DNA of 64,000 nt, taken from positions 1-64,000 of the IMG/VR virus record IMGVR_UViG_3300033073_000489; one strand, given 5' to 3'. This document shows positions 10,441 through 20,086 of the stretch, piece after piece. Both the position numbers and the translations under genes were made by a program. The notes beneath the pieces are model-generated. The model worked only from the letters and a program-made list of their open reading frames with translations. It had not been told where the DNA came from and did not search any database. Positions within the stretch are counted from its first letter, which is position 1; every line of letters starts with the position of its first letter. Origin of the DNA: a virus. Its lineage: Duplodnaviria; Caudoviricetes.

Positions 10441-11462
10441 ACGGTTTCCTTCATTTGTTTGTATAGTTCCATACTGGCTAAATTCTTGCCCTTGCTTTCG
10501 CACATTATGTCGAACTGGTTTGTGAAACTTTTTGCCCAATTATTAACTTCCTTGTTCCAATAAAAGTCAGAGTGTGCTCTGAGCTTTTGTTTTTTATAGC
10601 CGCTTTCTAGTAGCAACGCATGATCTGGGGCTATACCAGGGTCATGATCCACGAGATAATCCTCGCGGCTAACTGAAAAATGACAAGTAGGGCGCACACC
10701 ACGCCAGCTATCCACAACCAGCTTAACGCGATGATCGTTGGAATCGATATATTCCCCTTCGCGAATCCAATGATGGTGTATATCGAGCACAATAGGAACG
10801 ATATCGCTAATAGATAAACAGTCATTTAACCCCCATGAGTTTTCTTCGTTTTCAATTGTAATACAGTTGCGGGCTTCGGGTGTGAGTTTGCTGTAGGCAC
10901 GTCTAATACCTTCGGGACCTTGTTTACCCGAGATGTGGACGTTGATTTTAAAGTCTTGGAAGGTTTTGCCATATCCCATGAAGCGAGCCATATCTGCATG
11001 ATACTCAAATTCTTCTATGCTTCTTTGCACAATGCCTTCGTTAGCACTAGCCAAAACAGTAAACTGACCAGGATGCATACTAAGACGGGTATTGCTTGCA
11101 CGAGCACTAGTGCCAACAAGATTAAAATTGCGTTCAAGATACTGAACAACATCAGCCCTGCGCCAAAAGTAAGCCCAATTAGGCTCAGTATAAGCGGGCA
11201 AAATATCACTGCTAAGACGCACCATACGAAGATTTTCATCAAGTTCTCCTACACGATTAACAAGCAAGCGGGTAGATTCTATATTCTGAACCATGAGATC
11301 CCAGAGCTTTTGCTCTGCAACATCTTTGCTTTGTCTATTTAACCAACTAATCGTAGTCGTTCCTGTGTTGTATTTCTTACAGTCATCTGTTGCTTTGATG
11401 CCGTTTACTTGCTCAGGATGATCGATCCACTTACACGCGAAACCAATTTTGCCCATTACCAA
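10437..11462 (-). CDS. uvsE: UV-damage endonuclease UvsE/UvdE
   Basis: IGFAC N-terminus, RLSSD, RLSMHPGQF, ITIENEE, VLDIHHH, HSD motifs. Confidence 0.92.
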   Translation of the reverse strand: MVMGKIGFACKWIDHPEQVNGIKATDDCKKYNTGTTTISWLNRQSKDVAEQKLWDLMVQNIESTRLLVNRVGELDENLRMVRLSSDILPAYTEPNWAYFWRRADVVQYLERNFNLVGTSARASNTRLSMHPGQFTVLASANEGIVQRSIEEFEYHADMARFMGYGKTFQDFKINVHISGKQGPEGIRRAYSKLTPEARNCITIENEENSWGLNDCLSISDIVPIVLDIHHHWIREGEYIDSNDHRVKLVVDSWRGVRPTCHFSVSREDYLVDHDPGIAPDHALLLESGYKKQKLRAHSDFYWNKEVNNWAKSFTNQFDIMCESKGKNLASMELYKQMKETV

Positions 11463-11632
11463 TGCCTTATTACGCCTGCGACGATAAAAATGTTAGTGAT
11501 AATGTATGTTAACACAATTACTGTGCGAATGCAAGCAATTCGGTCTGCTTCTGCGTCCGAACTGCCTGCTTTTTCACCTAGGGCCTTAGCCCAGAGTCGC
11601 CATAATTTAGTCTTGGAACTCGTTGTCTTCAC
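11456..11632 (-). CDS. Small membrane protein typical of T4-like aquatic phages
   Basis: LWRLWAKALGEKAG..ADRIACIRTVIVLTYIITNIFIVAGVIRHW; GTG start inferred, exact start uncertain. Confidence 0.6.
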   Translation of the reverse strand: MKTTSSKTKLWRLWAKALGEKAGSSDAEADRIACIRTVIVLTYIITNIFIVAGVIRHW

Positions 11633-12089
11633 GATGGCCTTGACGTCCTGCCATGTTATTACCAGTTTCGCGAACTTCAACTCTACAGCACCAAACACGT
11701 TTGGCTTCTTCACTACCACAGTTTGGTAGGAAAATAGTATTGATGTATTCATACAAGAAGTCGGCGAGACCTTCGCAACCGGTGCGCTCAACTTCTGTAA
11801 TCTTTGCTAGTTTGAGTTCACCTAGTTTGAGTAAGTGTTCACGCATTGGGTCGTCTTGTGCAACGAGCAATGTGTGATCAAACCATTCTTCTAACTTGTC
11901 TTTTAACGGACGCAAACCACCAAAGTCAGTAACCCAGTTACGGGCATCTAATGTATCAGCTTCAAACTCAAAGTGAAAGCTCAAAGCGTAACCATGAATT
12001 AGGTTACAGTGGCTATCAGCTCGCCACTGACGATAAGATACTGGACCAATTTGGTTGTATGTTTTTGTCGAAAAGAATTTTTTTGCCAT
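11607..12089 (-). CDS. queD: 6-pyruvoyl-tetrahydropterin/6-carboxytetrahydropterin synthase (QueD/PTPS family)
   Basis: HCNLIHGY, DFGGL, FDHTLLV, CEGLA, VEVRET motifs. Confidence 0.88.
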   Translation of the reverse strand: MAKKFFSTKTYNQIGPVSYRQWRADSHCNLIHGYALSFHFEFEADTLDARNWVTDFGGLRPLKDKLEEWFDHTLLVAQDDPMREHLLKLGELKLAKITEVERTGCEGLADFLYEYINTIFLPNCGSEEAKRVWCCRVEVRETGNNMAGRQGHREDNEFQD

Positions 12090-12094
12090 TGTTA

Positions 12095-12156
12095 TCTCCT
12101 TAGATTAGCAATGGCATGCAGAATTTATATTGCGGGGTGAATGCCTAAGACCGCAT
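12095..12156 (-). ncRNA. Candidate pseudoknot/preQ1-I-like leader RNA upstream of queD
   Basis: UGCGG/CCGCA stem; loop UCUUAGGCAUUCACC; AUAUAAA tail; loop complementary to AUGCC and to CUAAGG overlapping the RBS. Confidence 0.4.
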
Positions 12157-12162
12157 AATGTA

Positions 12163-12190
12163 ATTATACAGCCTTAGAAGTTATTGTCAA
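12163..12190 (-). promoter_or_regulatory. sigma70-type promoter for queD-uvsE
   Basis: TTGACA-N16-TATAAT. Confidence 0.75.
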
Positions 12191-13491
12191 GCATTGTGAC
12201 GACCAATTGCGCCAAACGGTGCCCATTCGCCGGGATTACCTGCTTTAATGCAAATCCATCCTGCGTATGCACCCTCTTGCGGCTCAGTGTTCCAACATAC
12301 ATCTCCAAGTTTGAACGACCCAAAGATTGGAGAAGTATTGCCTGTTACAAACTTCTTACCTGCAAAACTTACATTTCCCTTGACTTCTAGATCGACACTG
12401 GCATCGGGCGTATTAACACCGATAGCTAGTTGTCCAAATAACTTCAATGGGCGTGTTGGATTTTGTTTATTACCGATAACAAACTCATTATCGTTAATCT
12501 TTAATTCTTCTATACCGTCTACAACGACTTTAAAATCTTTTGTAGTTTGGATTCCGTCAGTTGTCAACGACAAAGTGTCAGCTTCTTTTACTACTACCAA
12601 TGCTTTAGCATTGATAATCTCAGCGTTCATTGCTTCTAAGAATGTAGCAGGTCCGCTAACATTTAATTTTTGCAATGTTCCAACAGTAGTTAAGCTAGAT
12701 GTTGAAACACTTGAACCTAAACGATCTGATGTTAATACAGCCTTGCCACCAATTTGATATGCTGAATCAGTATTAATGTCAATAGATTCACTTGACCAGA
12801 AACGGTCAGGACCTTCTTTCAATACAAATTGACGGGTGCGGTCTTTTCCAGTCCATGCTAAACCAATTTCATAAATTGAGTCAGCAGTTGTTCCTTTAAA
12901 TTTTACAGAACTGATACGCCCTGCTGTGTCGTCTGAAATAACATTATCTGCATGGATGGTGCCATGAACACGTAGCACACCGTTCTTAAATTTCTCGTGA
13001 CCTACTACAATCTCGCCTGTTGTTTTAACAGTAACTCTAACAGTATTATCGGTTACAATATCCAAGTCGTGATTTGTATAAGTTCCAATTACTGCTCCGC
13101 TATTTGTAGGTGCTCCAATGATTGCTTCAACGCCGTTTTCATTAACACTTAGAGTAGCGTTAGGTAAGTCTGTTCCTACACCTAGTCTGTTTAAAGCAGA
13201 GTTAAAACTGGCAAACTCGCCGATGCTAGCGTTGCCGTTAACAATTAAAGATGTTAAATTTCCAACTTGGCGTAGGCTACTGCGAATAATGCTAGGTCCT
13301 AGTTCTTTTGCGCTAAGGACAGGTGCATTATTAATCTTATATGATCGGGTTGCTTCTAAATCAAAGTGTCCGTCTGACCAGATACGCTGTCCCGGACGGT
13401 AAATCAAACTAGTAATGTTTGTGCCGTCAGACCACTTAATACCTTGTCCGTCTAGACCTTCTTCGTCAGTTGAATTGAATTGGTTTGCCAT
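12187..13491 (-). CDS. Tail-fibre-like/virion beta-rich protein
   Basis: Repeated LGVGT.P/IGVNTP motifs; C-terminal GDVCWNTEPQEGAYAGWIC; GATAAATA late-type element at 13511-13518. Confidence 0.55.
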   Translation of the reverse strand: MANQFNSTDEEGLDGQGIKWSDGTNITSLIYRPGQRIWSDGHFDLEATRSYKINNAPVLSAKELGPSIIRSSLRQVGNLTSLIVNGNASIGEFASFNSALNRLGVGTDLPNATLSVNENGVEAIIGAPTNSGAVIGTYTNHDLDIVTDNTVRVTVKTTGEIVVGHEKFKNGVLRVHGTIHADNVISDDTAGRISSVKFKGTTADSIYEIGLAWTGKDRTRQFVLKEGPDRFWSSESIDINTDSAYQIGGKAVLTSDRLGSSVSTSSLTTVGTLQKLNVSGPATFLEAMNAEIINAKALVVVKEADTLSLTTDGIQTTKDFKVVVDGIEELKINDNEFVIGNKQNPTRPLKLFGQLAIGVNTPDASVDLEVKGNVSFAGKKFVTGNTSPIFGSFKLGDVCWNTEPQEGAYAGWICIKAGNPGEWAPFGAIGRHNA

Positions 13492-13535
13492 AGAAATACT
13501 CTCTTTCGAGTATTTATCTATGGCAACGGTGTATG

Positions 13536-14738
13536 TTAGGCTACTTTAAGAAGCAGAGTTTCTTCGTTTAGACGCCCGTTCATTTTAGTATCAACAGCAT
13601 TGATATCGTCTAGGAACTTGCGCAAAGCTACTTTGCCGGCGTCTTTAAACGCTTTAAGCTGTTCTGCGGGTTTACGCAGGGTTTTTTGCACACTCTTAAA
13701 CTCGTCAAAGCCTGTAATTGTAGTGCCCTTAACTCCAAGATCATGAAACTCTGCGGCAACATATTTGCCAAGTTTACGTGTCTTGCTATTAAACACCCAC
13801 AATTCTTTAGAACCAATAATATCAGTTGGGTTGATACTAACAAGTTTGAGACTTTCTTCTGTCTTTTTATACTTGAGTTTGCTAACAACCTTGTCCTTGC
13901 TAATTGCTTTTGCCTTGCGTGGCTTGCGGTTAACTTTAGCTTCTTGGGCTAGCATTGTGCAAGCAGATTCAATTTCTTGCAAAAACGCAATGAAATTTCG
14001 AATTTGCTTCTTGCTACGATGTGAGTAGCCTTCGCGCAACTGTTCGTCTGCTTTACCGCTAGCAAGCTCAGTTAGCTCTGCAAGATCACGAGCATAGAAG
14101 TCTTTAATAATTCGAGCGTGAGCAGCCTTTGCATCTACTGCCTTGAGCAAGTTGAGCACCTTGAACGCTTTTGGATCAAAGTTTTCAGGATCGGTTTGAA
14201 AACTCTCAATAGCATTTTCAATTTCTTCAGTCATGCGCATCGCGGCTTCGCGAACACGTTCTTGAATGCTAGGAGTGTAAACATCTTTCTTTGCGGCTTC
14301 TTTTTCTGCGGCCGCAATATCTGGATCAACGTCGTCTTTACCTTCTGCAATAACTTTGACAATTTCAGCACGGAGCCAAGCCGCAGTATCACGACCTTGG
14401 TTAAAATCTGCACGTTGCGGAGTCATACCGCGATTCAAGCAAGCGGCAACTGCACCCATTGTAGTGCCAACGCGGCTATCTTTAACTTTCTTAAAAGCGA
14501 CAATGTCAGCTTTGGCGCAGCCAACTGATTCCATCCATTTAACTACAACCGGCTTGTAAGATTTAATATCTGACTCCAGACGGTAGTAGTCCATACTAGT
14601 GCGGAAATGCTTATGGAACTTATCGGCATCCCAAGTTTCGCAACCTTCCCAAGTTGGGCTCGTATCTTTGACAGCACGAGTTCTGTGGGCAATAACTTGC
14701 TTTTTAGTTACACGGGTTTTGGTTGCGGCTTTTGCCAT
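13536..14738 (-). CDS. Hypothetical early protein (400 aa, Lys-rich)
   Basis: Long ORF with RBS, downstream of a consensus sigma70 promoter. Confidence 0.8.
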   Translation of the reverse strand: MAKAATKTRVTKKQVIAHRTRAVKDTSPTWEGCETWDADKFHKHFRTSMDYYRLESDIKSYKPVVVKWMESVGCAKADIVAFKKVKDSRVGTTMGAVAACLNRGMTPQRADFNQGRDTAAWLRAEIVKVIAEGKDDVDPDIAAAEKEAAKKDVYTPSIQERVREAAMRMTEEIENAIESFQTDPENFDPKAFKVLNLLKAVDAKAAHARIIKDFYARDLAELTELASGKADEQLREGYSHRSKKQIRNFIAFLQEIESACTMLAQEAKVNRKPRKAKAISKDKVVSKLKYKKTEESLKLVSINPTDIIGSKELWVFNSKTRKLGKYVAAEFHDLGVKGTTITGFDEFKSVQKTLRKPAEQLKAFKDAGKVALRKFLDDINAVDTKMNGRLNEETLLLKVA

Positions 14739-14770
14739 TTAGGGCTCCTGTTTGTTTACGCTATGTATCT

Positions 14771-14799
14771 ATTATAGCACCGAAATGGGTCCGTGTCAA
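14771..14799 (-). promoter_or_regulatory. sigma70-type promoter
   Basis: TTGACA-N17-TATAAT. Confidence 0.85.
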
Positions 14800-15665
14800 C
14801 CTTGAATTAACTTTTTGGACACCAAATGTCTATGTATATATTTGGCTATAACAGTATGTCCATTTTGGCTAGGATGGGCACAAGGTGTAATAAAGTTAGT
14901 AGGCACTTTGAGCTTCTTGCAATAATCATAGAACCCGCCCAAAGCCAAATCGGGCCTGCCCTCTAGGTGTAGTAATAGTTCCATAAAACTTCTTTTGTTT
15001 TCAGGGTATAGAAATTTATCCCATGGAATTGTATTAATTAAATCCATCCTATGCTCGCCTAGTTCTTTTATAAAATGTTCTTTGGTTATTCGAATATCAA
15101 ATCCACTTGTAATAACTAGTTTCCAGTTGTTTGCCTTGCAAATCATTTCTGCTTCTCGAATGTTTAATAATGTTTCAACGCATACAAACATTTCACTCCA
15201 TAGAGTCTCAGCGTAGGCTTCCCACAGTTTTTTATTTGTAGTATTTTGATCCCAGGGATTAGGCCACATAGTGTAAAAATGATTATGTTCGGGGAGGGTA
15301 TTATTAACAAAATCAAATCTCTCCATTCCGGTTAACATGAATACTACAATGACTTCAGATGCATTTTCTAATTTAAGACCCGGGTGTAAGAAAAGATTTT
15401 TAACCGCAGCTCGATTACCGGTTCCTAGGCAACCTAAGTTAATAGGAATATAATCGGGCATGTGATTATCACATAACTGCTTAACCCATGCATTATCATA
15501 CATTTGATCATAAATTTCTTCGGGGATTTTTAATGTATCAATGTTACCATTATAGTCAAGCCACACTTCTCTAGGCCAACTGCCGACACCTTGTGTAAAA
15601 CTGTCGCCTAGGCCGATAACAAGTTTACTCCCTGGCTTAATTGCAGGGATCATTCTATCATACAT
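14796..15665 (-). CDS. SGNH/GDSL-like hydrolase-fold protein
   Basis: GLGDSFTQG block I, C-terminal HPS..GH. Confidence 0.6.
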   Translation of the reverse strand: MYDRMIPAIKPGSKLVIGLGDSFTQGVGSWPREVWLDYNGNIDTLKIPEEIYDQMYDNAWVKQLCDNHMPDYIPINLGCLGTGNRAAVKNLFLHPGLKLENASEVIVVFMLTGMERFDFVNNTLPEHNHFYTMWPNPWDQNTTNKKLWEAYAETLWSEMFVCVETLLNIREAEMICKANNWKLVITSGFDIRITKEHFIKELGEHRMDLINTIPWDKFLYPENKRSFMELLLHLEGRPDLALGGFYDYCKKLKVPTNFITPCAHPSQNGHTVIAKYIHRHLVSKKLIQG

Positions 15666-15667
15666 TG

Positions 15668-16945
15668 TTAATCCTTAATGTTAAAGTATTCATTGTAGTA
15701 GTTAAACAACTCTGTATGAGCTCTATTAGGTTTAAGTTTACTATTATGGAACACATTATAATTATGCTCTAAAATATCTCGCATTGAATCAAACCAAGCA
15801 ACTTTGTCTTTGATTGCATGTATTCTTTTTATTTCTCGTATAATTGCTGCCATGCGATCAAGAGTTGATAAGTTATCGTAACTTTCGTCGATAAAACCGT
15901 CAAATGTCTTATAGCCCATTTCTCTTAGCTTGGGCAAGCTGCCTCTATTACCTAAAAAGATAAAAGGGTGCATACAGGCAATAGGCTTAAATGTCTTTTC
16001 ACTAATGAATATAGTTTCGTCGCTGTCGTCAAAACTTGCTTCAGATATAATAGTGACCCATGTATCTAAGAATACTTGATCTGTTATTCTGTTAATATAG
16101 TATAGATCGTTTTGTTCATTGTTAGCTTTATTATAAACTAACATTGGAAGACGCTTACGTGCTTCTTTCATATAGACAGAATCAACAAACTTGTTTTCAA
16201 GTCTACTAACATGGGTGCCGTAATCATTCATACTAACAAGTCCATATTCTAACATATTCTGTTTGAATAGTTCTATGAAGAACCAATTGCGATGTGTGCG
16301 TGTTCTCTTGTTTAGACAATTATATGTTTTAATTATATGTGATCTCTTGTATTGTCTATTGCTATCAAAGGTTGGTAATATGCCTTCTTTTTCTGCATTC
16401 ATCTGAATGTCTCGTTCAAAGTGTGCATATGGGATAACTTTAAGTTTGTTACCCTTTACTCTGTCCTGCGCCCACATTTGATATTGATCATTGCTAATTA
16501 AATTACCAGTTACATATACAATCGCAGATGGATCTATTTGTAAACGACTACATTCTTCGTGTAGAAACTGCCAAAGCCACGGAGTTTGATAACCTTCGAG
16601 ACACTGATCTAAAAGTAATAGAGCTTTTTTATTTTGTAATCGATTAACACTATCTTCACTAAGATAATCAAATAGGCTTTCCCTAATGTTGTCCTTGTAA
16701 TAGTTTGTGCCAGCCCACATGTTTGGACTTTCATTAACGCCTACAGCAATAATGCCATGGTCTAATTTAGCGTTAGTGTCAAATGAATTTTCTAAAGTGC
16801 TGTATACCCTTTGATTTCTGATGGAACCTGCCATTGCTGATGATATAAATCTGTGAGGACCTAATTCGTCAGTGTAGCTAATAAGATTTTTATAGTTTTC
16901 TAAGTCTTCAAAAATAAAATTAATCACATTAACCGATCCTTCCAA
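15668..16945 (-). CDS. Glycosyltransferase-like protein (phage ISEKTFKPI family)
   Basis: YNCLNKRTRTHR, IISEA, ISEKTFKPI..HPFIFLG, GYKTFDGFIDESYD motifs. Confidence 0.5.
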   Translation of the reverse strand: MEGSVNVINFIFEDLENYKNLISYTDELGPHRFISSAMAGSIRNQRVYSTLENSFDTNAKLDHGIIAVGVNESPNMWAGTNYYKDNIRESLFDYLSEDSVNRLQNKKALLLLDQCLEGYQTPWLWQFLHEECSRLQIDPSAIVYVTGNLISNDQYQMWAQDRVKGNKLKVIPYAHFERDIQMNAEKEGILPTFDSNRQYKRSHIIKTYNCLNKRTRTHRNWFFIELFKQNMLEYGLVSMNDYGTHVSRLENKFVDSVYMKEARKRLPMLVYNKANNEQNDLYYINRITDQVFLDTWVTIISEASFDDSDETIFISEKTFKPIACMHPFIFLGNRGSLPKLREMGYKTFDGFIDESYDNLSTLDRMAAIIREIKRIHAIKDKVAWFDSMRDILEHNYNVFHNSKLKPNRAHTELFNYYNEYFNIKD

Positions 16946-17925
16946 GTTGCAGGAGTTTTTTCATTAATGATCTCTAATGGAAAGCTATAATCAAACTCGC
17001 ACGGTCCTTGTTCTCTAATCCATGCTACCGTTTCTTTAATAGCCTGCTCTACACCTACGGTAGTCTTGTAACCTAATAGCGCACGAGCTTTGTCTGCCGA
17101 ACAAGTTGCGTGTTTAACTTCACGCGGTCGGTCGGCAATGTAGATAGGATCTCCTTGAAAACCGCACTCGCCTGCAACTAATTCTGCAAGTTCATTAATA
17201 GTAATAGTGCCCTCATCAGGACCAATGTTAACTGTTTCGCTAACGATTGCAGGATCTAATGCTAATTGTTCTAAGCATTTGATGCAGTCTGCTACATAAC
17301 TAAAGCATCTTGTCTGTAGACCGTCACCGTAGATATAAGCAGACTTTCCTTGTAAGTTACGATTAGCCATAATACTCATAACATTGCGAAACGGATCATC
17401 ATAGCGTTGACGTGGTCCTACAATGTTATGCGGCACAGCAATGTTCCACTCCATACCGTGCGTATCGCCTAGTGCTTTAAGTGTATGTTCAACAGCAACC
17501 TTTGCAATGCCATAAGGGTCTACAGGCAGTGGTGTTAGGTCTTCAGTAAATGGCGCTGCTTGATCACCATACCTTGCCATACTACTACAGAATACAAATC
17601 GTTTAACGCCTGCACCTATTGCGGCACTAATAGTTGATACACTCGCTTGGTAAATGTTTCGTGTTATAAAGTTAGGACTGAACACACTTAGTCCTTCGTG
17701 GGCAGTGGCTGCACAATGTATGACAATATCGCAGTCGCGCATTATCCACTGCATCTTAGAATGATCACAGCAATCAGTTGTAAAAAATTTAACTTGCGGA
17801 TTTACATTATCTTTATAGCCGCCTAATAGATTATCATTACCGACAACCTCGTGCCCTAACTCTAGCATACGATCTGCTAGGTGACTGCCGAGGAAACCGG
17901 CAACTCCGGTGATAAAGATTCTCAT
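16924..17925 (-). CDS. NAD-dependent epimerase/dehydratase (extended SDR)
   Basis: ITGVAGFLGSH, SS..RYG, YGIAK, NIVGP motifs. Confidence 0.92.
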   Translation of the reverse strand: MRIFITGVAGFLGSHLADRMLELGHEVVGNDNLLGGYKDNVNPQVKFFTTDCCDHSKMQWIMRDCDIVIHCAATAHEGLSVFSPNFITRNIYQASVSTISAAIGAGVKRFVFCSSMARYGDQAAPFTEDLTPLPVDPYGIAKVAVEHTLKALGDTHGMEWNIAVPHNIVGPRQRYDDPFRNVMSIMANRNLQGKSAYIYGDGLQTRCFSYVADCIKCLEQLALDPAIVSETVNIGPDEGTITINELAELVAGECGFQGDPIYIADRPREVKHATCSADKARALLGYKTTVGVEQAIKETVAWIREQGPCEFDYSFPLEIINEKTPATWKDRLM

Positions 17926-19292
17926 GCGCTTTTACAATCCAAGTAAAATTTCTTATATTCAGGAAATGTTTCTAAAAAGTTAGTCCCACGTCTGCGGTCA
18001 AACTCTGCGAACCATCTGTGAAAGTCTGTTCGACCTTCTTTTAATTTATCATCGGAGTAGTGAGTTGTTTCCATGTAGTCAACTACTCTACGAAACTTTT
18101 CATACTCTAAGTCAGTAAACATATCCGATACAGAGTTATTTACGTTCTGCTTAATGTAGTTCAATGCTTCATACATGTATGGCATAAACTCGTTCTTAGG
18201 CAATATGTTCATATCATATTGTAACGGTTCTTTTAGGTAGGGTGTATCAAATCGGATACGGTGTTCTTTAAGATGATCATACCATCCATATTGTTTACGC
18301 CACTCTAACATCTTTTCTAGTAAGCTCTTAAAACTGCTTACTGCTAAAACGTTAAATGTAATCATGAATGTAATTGGGTTCTTAGTCTTGGTTAAGTATG
18401 TGTGGAAGTTCTGTTCCCATACAGTAAGATCTAACCCAGTGCGGATATATTCTGCCTTCGGTCCCCATGTATCTAAACTAGTAAACAATTTGAAACGACG
18501 AATCTTTCCTTCAACTCTTAGCTTTTCAACTTTCTCAGCTAGACGTTCAATTAAGATAGGCTTAACGCCTAGATTACTGTTGATATTCAATTCTAATTGT
18601 GGAAGCGGATTTATATCAAGGTCTTCTAGAAGACGCCAAGTTGATTGTTGTAGTAGAGGTTCTCCTCCTGTGATGCGTAGAATGTTTAGGCTCTTACGCA
18701 TACTAGGCCACCACTTCCACCACGCTTCAACATACGGGTTCTCTTCTTCAATTTTATGAATTTTAAACCAATCAATATCGTTACGATGATTCTTGACCAT
18801 GTCATATGGTCCAAACTTTTCAATTTCTTTATAGAAGCTACTTGAAGCTTTTGGATGACAGTAGCCGCATTTAAAATTACATTCGTTGCCAAATGATATT
18901 TCAATGTATTCGGGATTAATGTTAAAGTCTATATCATTAGACTCGATCTCGGACATACGAGCTTCTGTGTAAATGCTCGCGTTGCGCTCGTGTCTGTCAC
19001 TTATGTAATCAGGACCTAACGCTTCAATGTTCCAACAATACTGACAACCACTCGGTTGTTCACCGTTCAGCATTGCAATTCTTTGATTCTTTTTCTCTTG
19101 AGTATTGTGTAGCGCACTTGGGTTTTCTGCTATTTCACTTAATGGAATTGCGTGTGGCGCTGGATGATAACAACTGTGCGTTTCGCCCGTTTGTAGATAG
19201 ATTGTTGTATGGTGCCATTTGGCTAGGCAAAAGGTTGGACTTATTTTGTCAGTAACGTCTTTGATTTTAATTATACGTTGTTTGTTCATCAT
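17922..19292 (-). CDS. Radical SAM protein with Twitch/SPASM-like Cys motifs
   Basis: CNFKCGYC, ITGGEPLL; N-terminal CLAKW..SCYH and CQYCW. Confidence 0.88.
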   Translation of the reverse strand: MMNKQRIIKIKDVTDKISPTFCLAKWHHTTIYLQTGETHSCYHPAPHAIPLSEIAENPSALHNTQEKKNQRIAMLNGEQPSGCQYCWNIEALGPDYISDRHERNASIYTEARMSEIESNDIDFNINPEYIEISFGNECNFKCGYCHPKASSSFYKEIEKFGPYDMVKNHRNDIDWFKIHKIEEENPYVEAWWKWWPSMRKSLNILRITGGEPLLQQSTWRLLEDLDINPLPQLELNINSNLGVKPILIERLAEKVEKLRVEGKIRRFKLFTSLDTWGPKAEYIRTGLDLTVWEQNFHTYLTKTKNPITFMITFNVLAVSSFKSLLEKMLEWRKQYGWYDHLKEHRIRFDTPYLKEPLQYDMNILPKNEFMPYMYEALNYIKQNVNNSVSDMFTDLEYEKFRRVVDYMETTHYSDDKLKEGRTDFHRWFAEFDRRRGTNFLETFPEYKKFYLDCKSA

Positions 19293-19322
19293 GTATATAG
19301 TCAAACAAAAAGGCCCACAGCC

Positions 19323-19511
19323 TCAACTGTGAACCTCTTTGTATTTTTCCAGTGCCAGCGCTCTTATTTGAGCTAGTCTGTCTGTAATGTGTTTAGGTAG
19401 TTCCTCGTCATCATCAAATAAGTTGTATTCAATTTTGACAAGTTCCGGACGACGGTAAGCAACAAAAATATCAATTTCGTCGCCATACTCGTCATCCGAG
19501 TCGTCTACATC
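19323..19511 (-). other. Start-less 62-codon acidic reading frame in +1 relative to the preceding gene (possible frameshift extension)
   Basis: DVDDSDDEYG...LAQIRALALEKYKEVHS has no ATG/GTG/TTG of its own; begins at AAG-U-GAU, overlapping the UGA stop. Confidence 0.4.
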
Positions 19512-19722
19512 ACTTTGACGCTGGCTTAGTAGCTGGTGCTGCTGCCTTTTCGTCCTTGGCAGGAGCACTTTTTGCAGGCTTTGCTGCCTCTTTAGCAGCT
19601 GGGGCTGGAGCACTAGCGGCAGGTTTGGCAGCAGGTGCCTTTTCTTCTTTCTTAGCAGGCTCTGCGGCGAACGCTGTAACTGCAAATGCTGATGCGATTA
19701 AAGTTGCGATAAGTTTGTTCAT
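19510..19722 (-). CDS. Secreted Ala/Lys/Pro-rich (acid-shock-like) protein
   Basis: Signal peptide MNKLIATLIASAFAVTAFA followed by a low-complexity AKP tail. Confidence 0.75.
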   Translation of the reverse strand: MNKLIATLIASAFAVTAFAAEPAKKEEKAPAAKPAASAPAPAAKEAAKPAKSAPAKDEKAAAPATKPASK

Positions 19723-19733
19723 TTTGTTTTCCT

Positions 19734-20027
19734 TTAAGGTTGATTTTGAACTAATACCAGTCTGTAGCAATTACAGTTAGCGTCTAAGATGTTTTCGTAG
19801 TGATAACCGTATGGTGCAGGTGGCGGTTGTATACTAGGTGGATTTTGTATTACTACTGGTTGCGGCGGCCTGGTGAGTGCATACGTTACTACGCCTCCTA
19901 TCACAAGCGGCGCAACCCAGCCGTAATGATTGTGATAACCATGATGATGACCATGTCTCGGATTTGCCTGGCTTGTCCCACTTATTAGGATCAGACTCGC
20001 AAGAGCTATAGTTTGTAGCAGTTTCAT
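19734..20027 (-). CDS. Secreted His/Gly/Pro-rich protein
   Basis: Signal peptide, HGHHHGYHNHYGW, hydrophobic GGVV segment, Pro-rich tail ending in CNC. Confidence 0.7.
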   Translation of the reverse strand: MKLLQTIALASLILISGTSQANPRHGHHHGYHNHYGWVAPLVIGGVVTYALTRPPQPVVIQNPPSIQPPPAPYGYHYENILDANCNCYRLVLVQNQP

Positions 20028-20086
20028 ACATAATGCCTCCTAGCATATATATACAACGCCTTAGCTAACTATAAAGTTGACATAAA

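Noticed and set aside
10631-14559. Hydrophobic-looking alternative-frame and antisense ORFs over uvsE, queD and the 400- and 434-aa genes
   Set aside because: They are fully nested in well-supported genes with no RBS or family motif.
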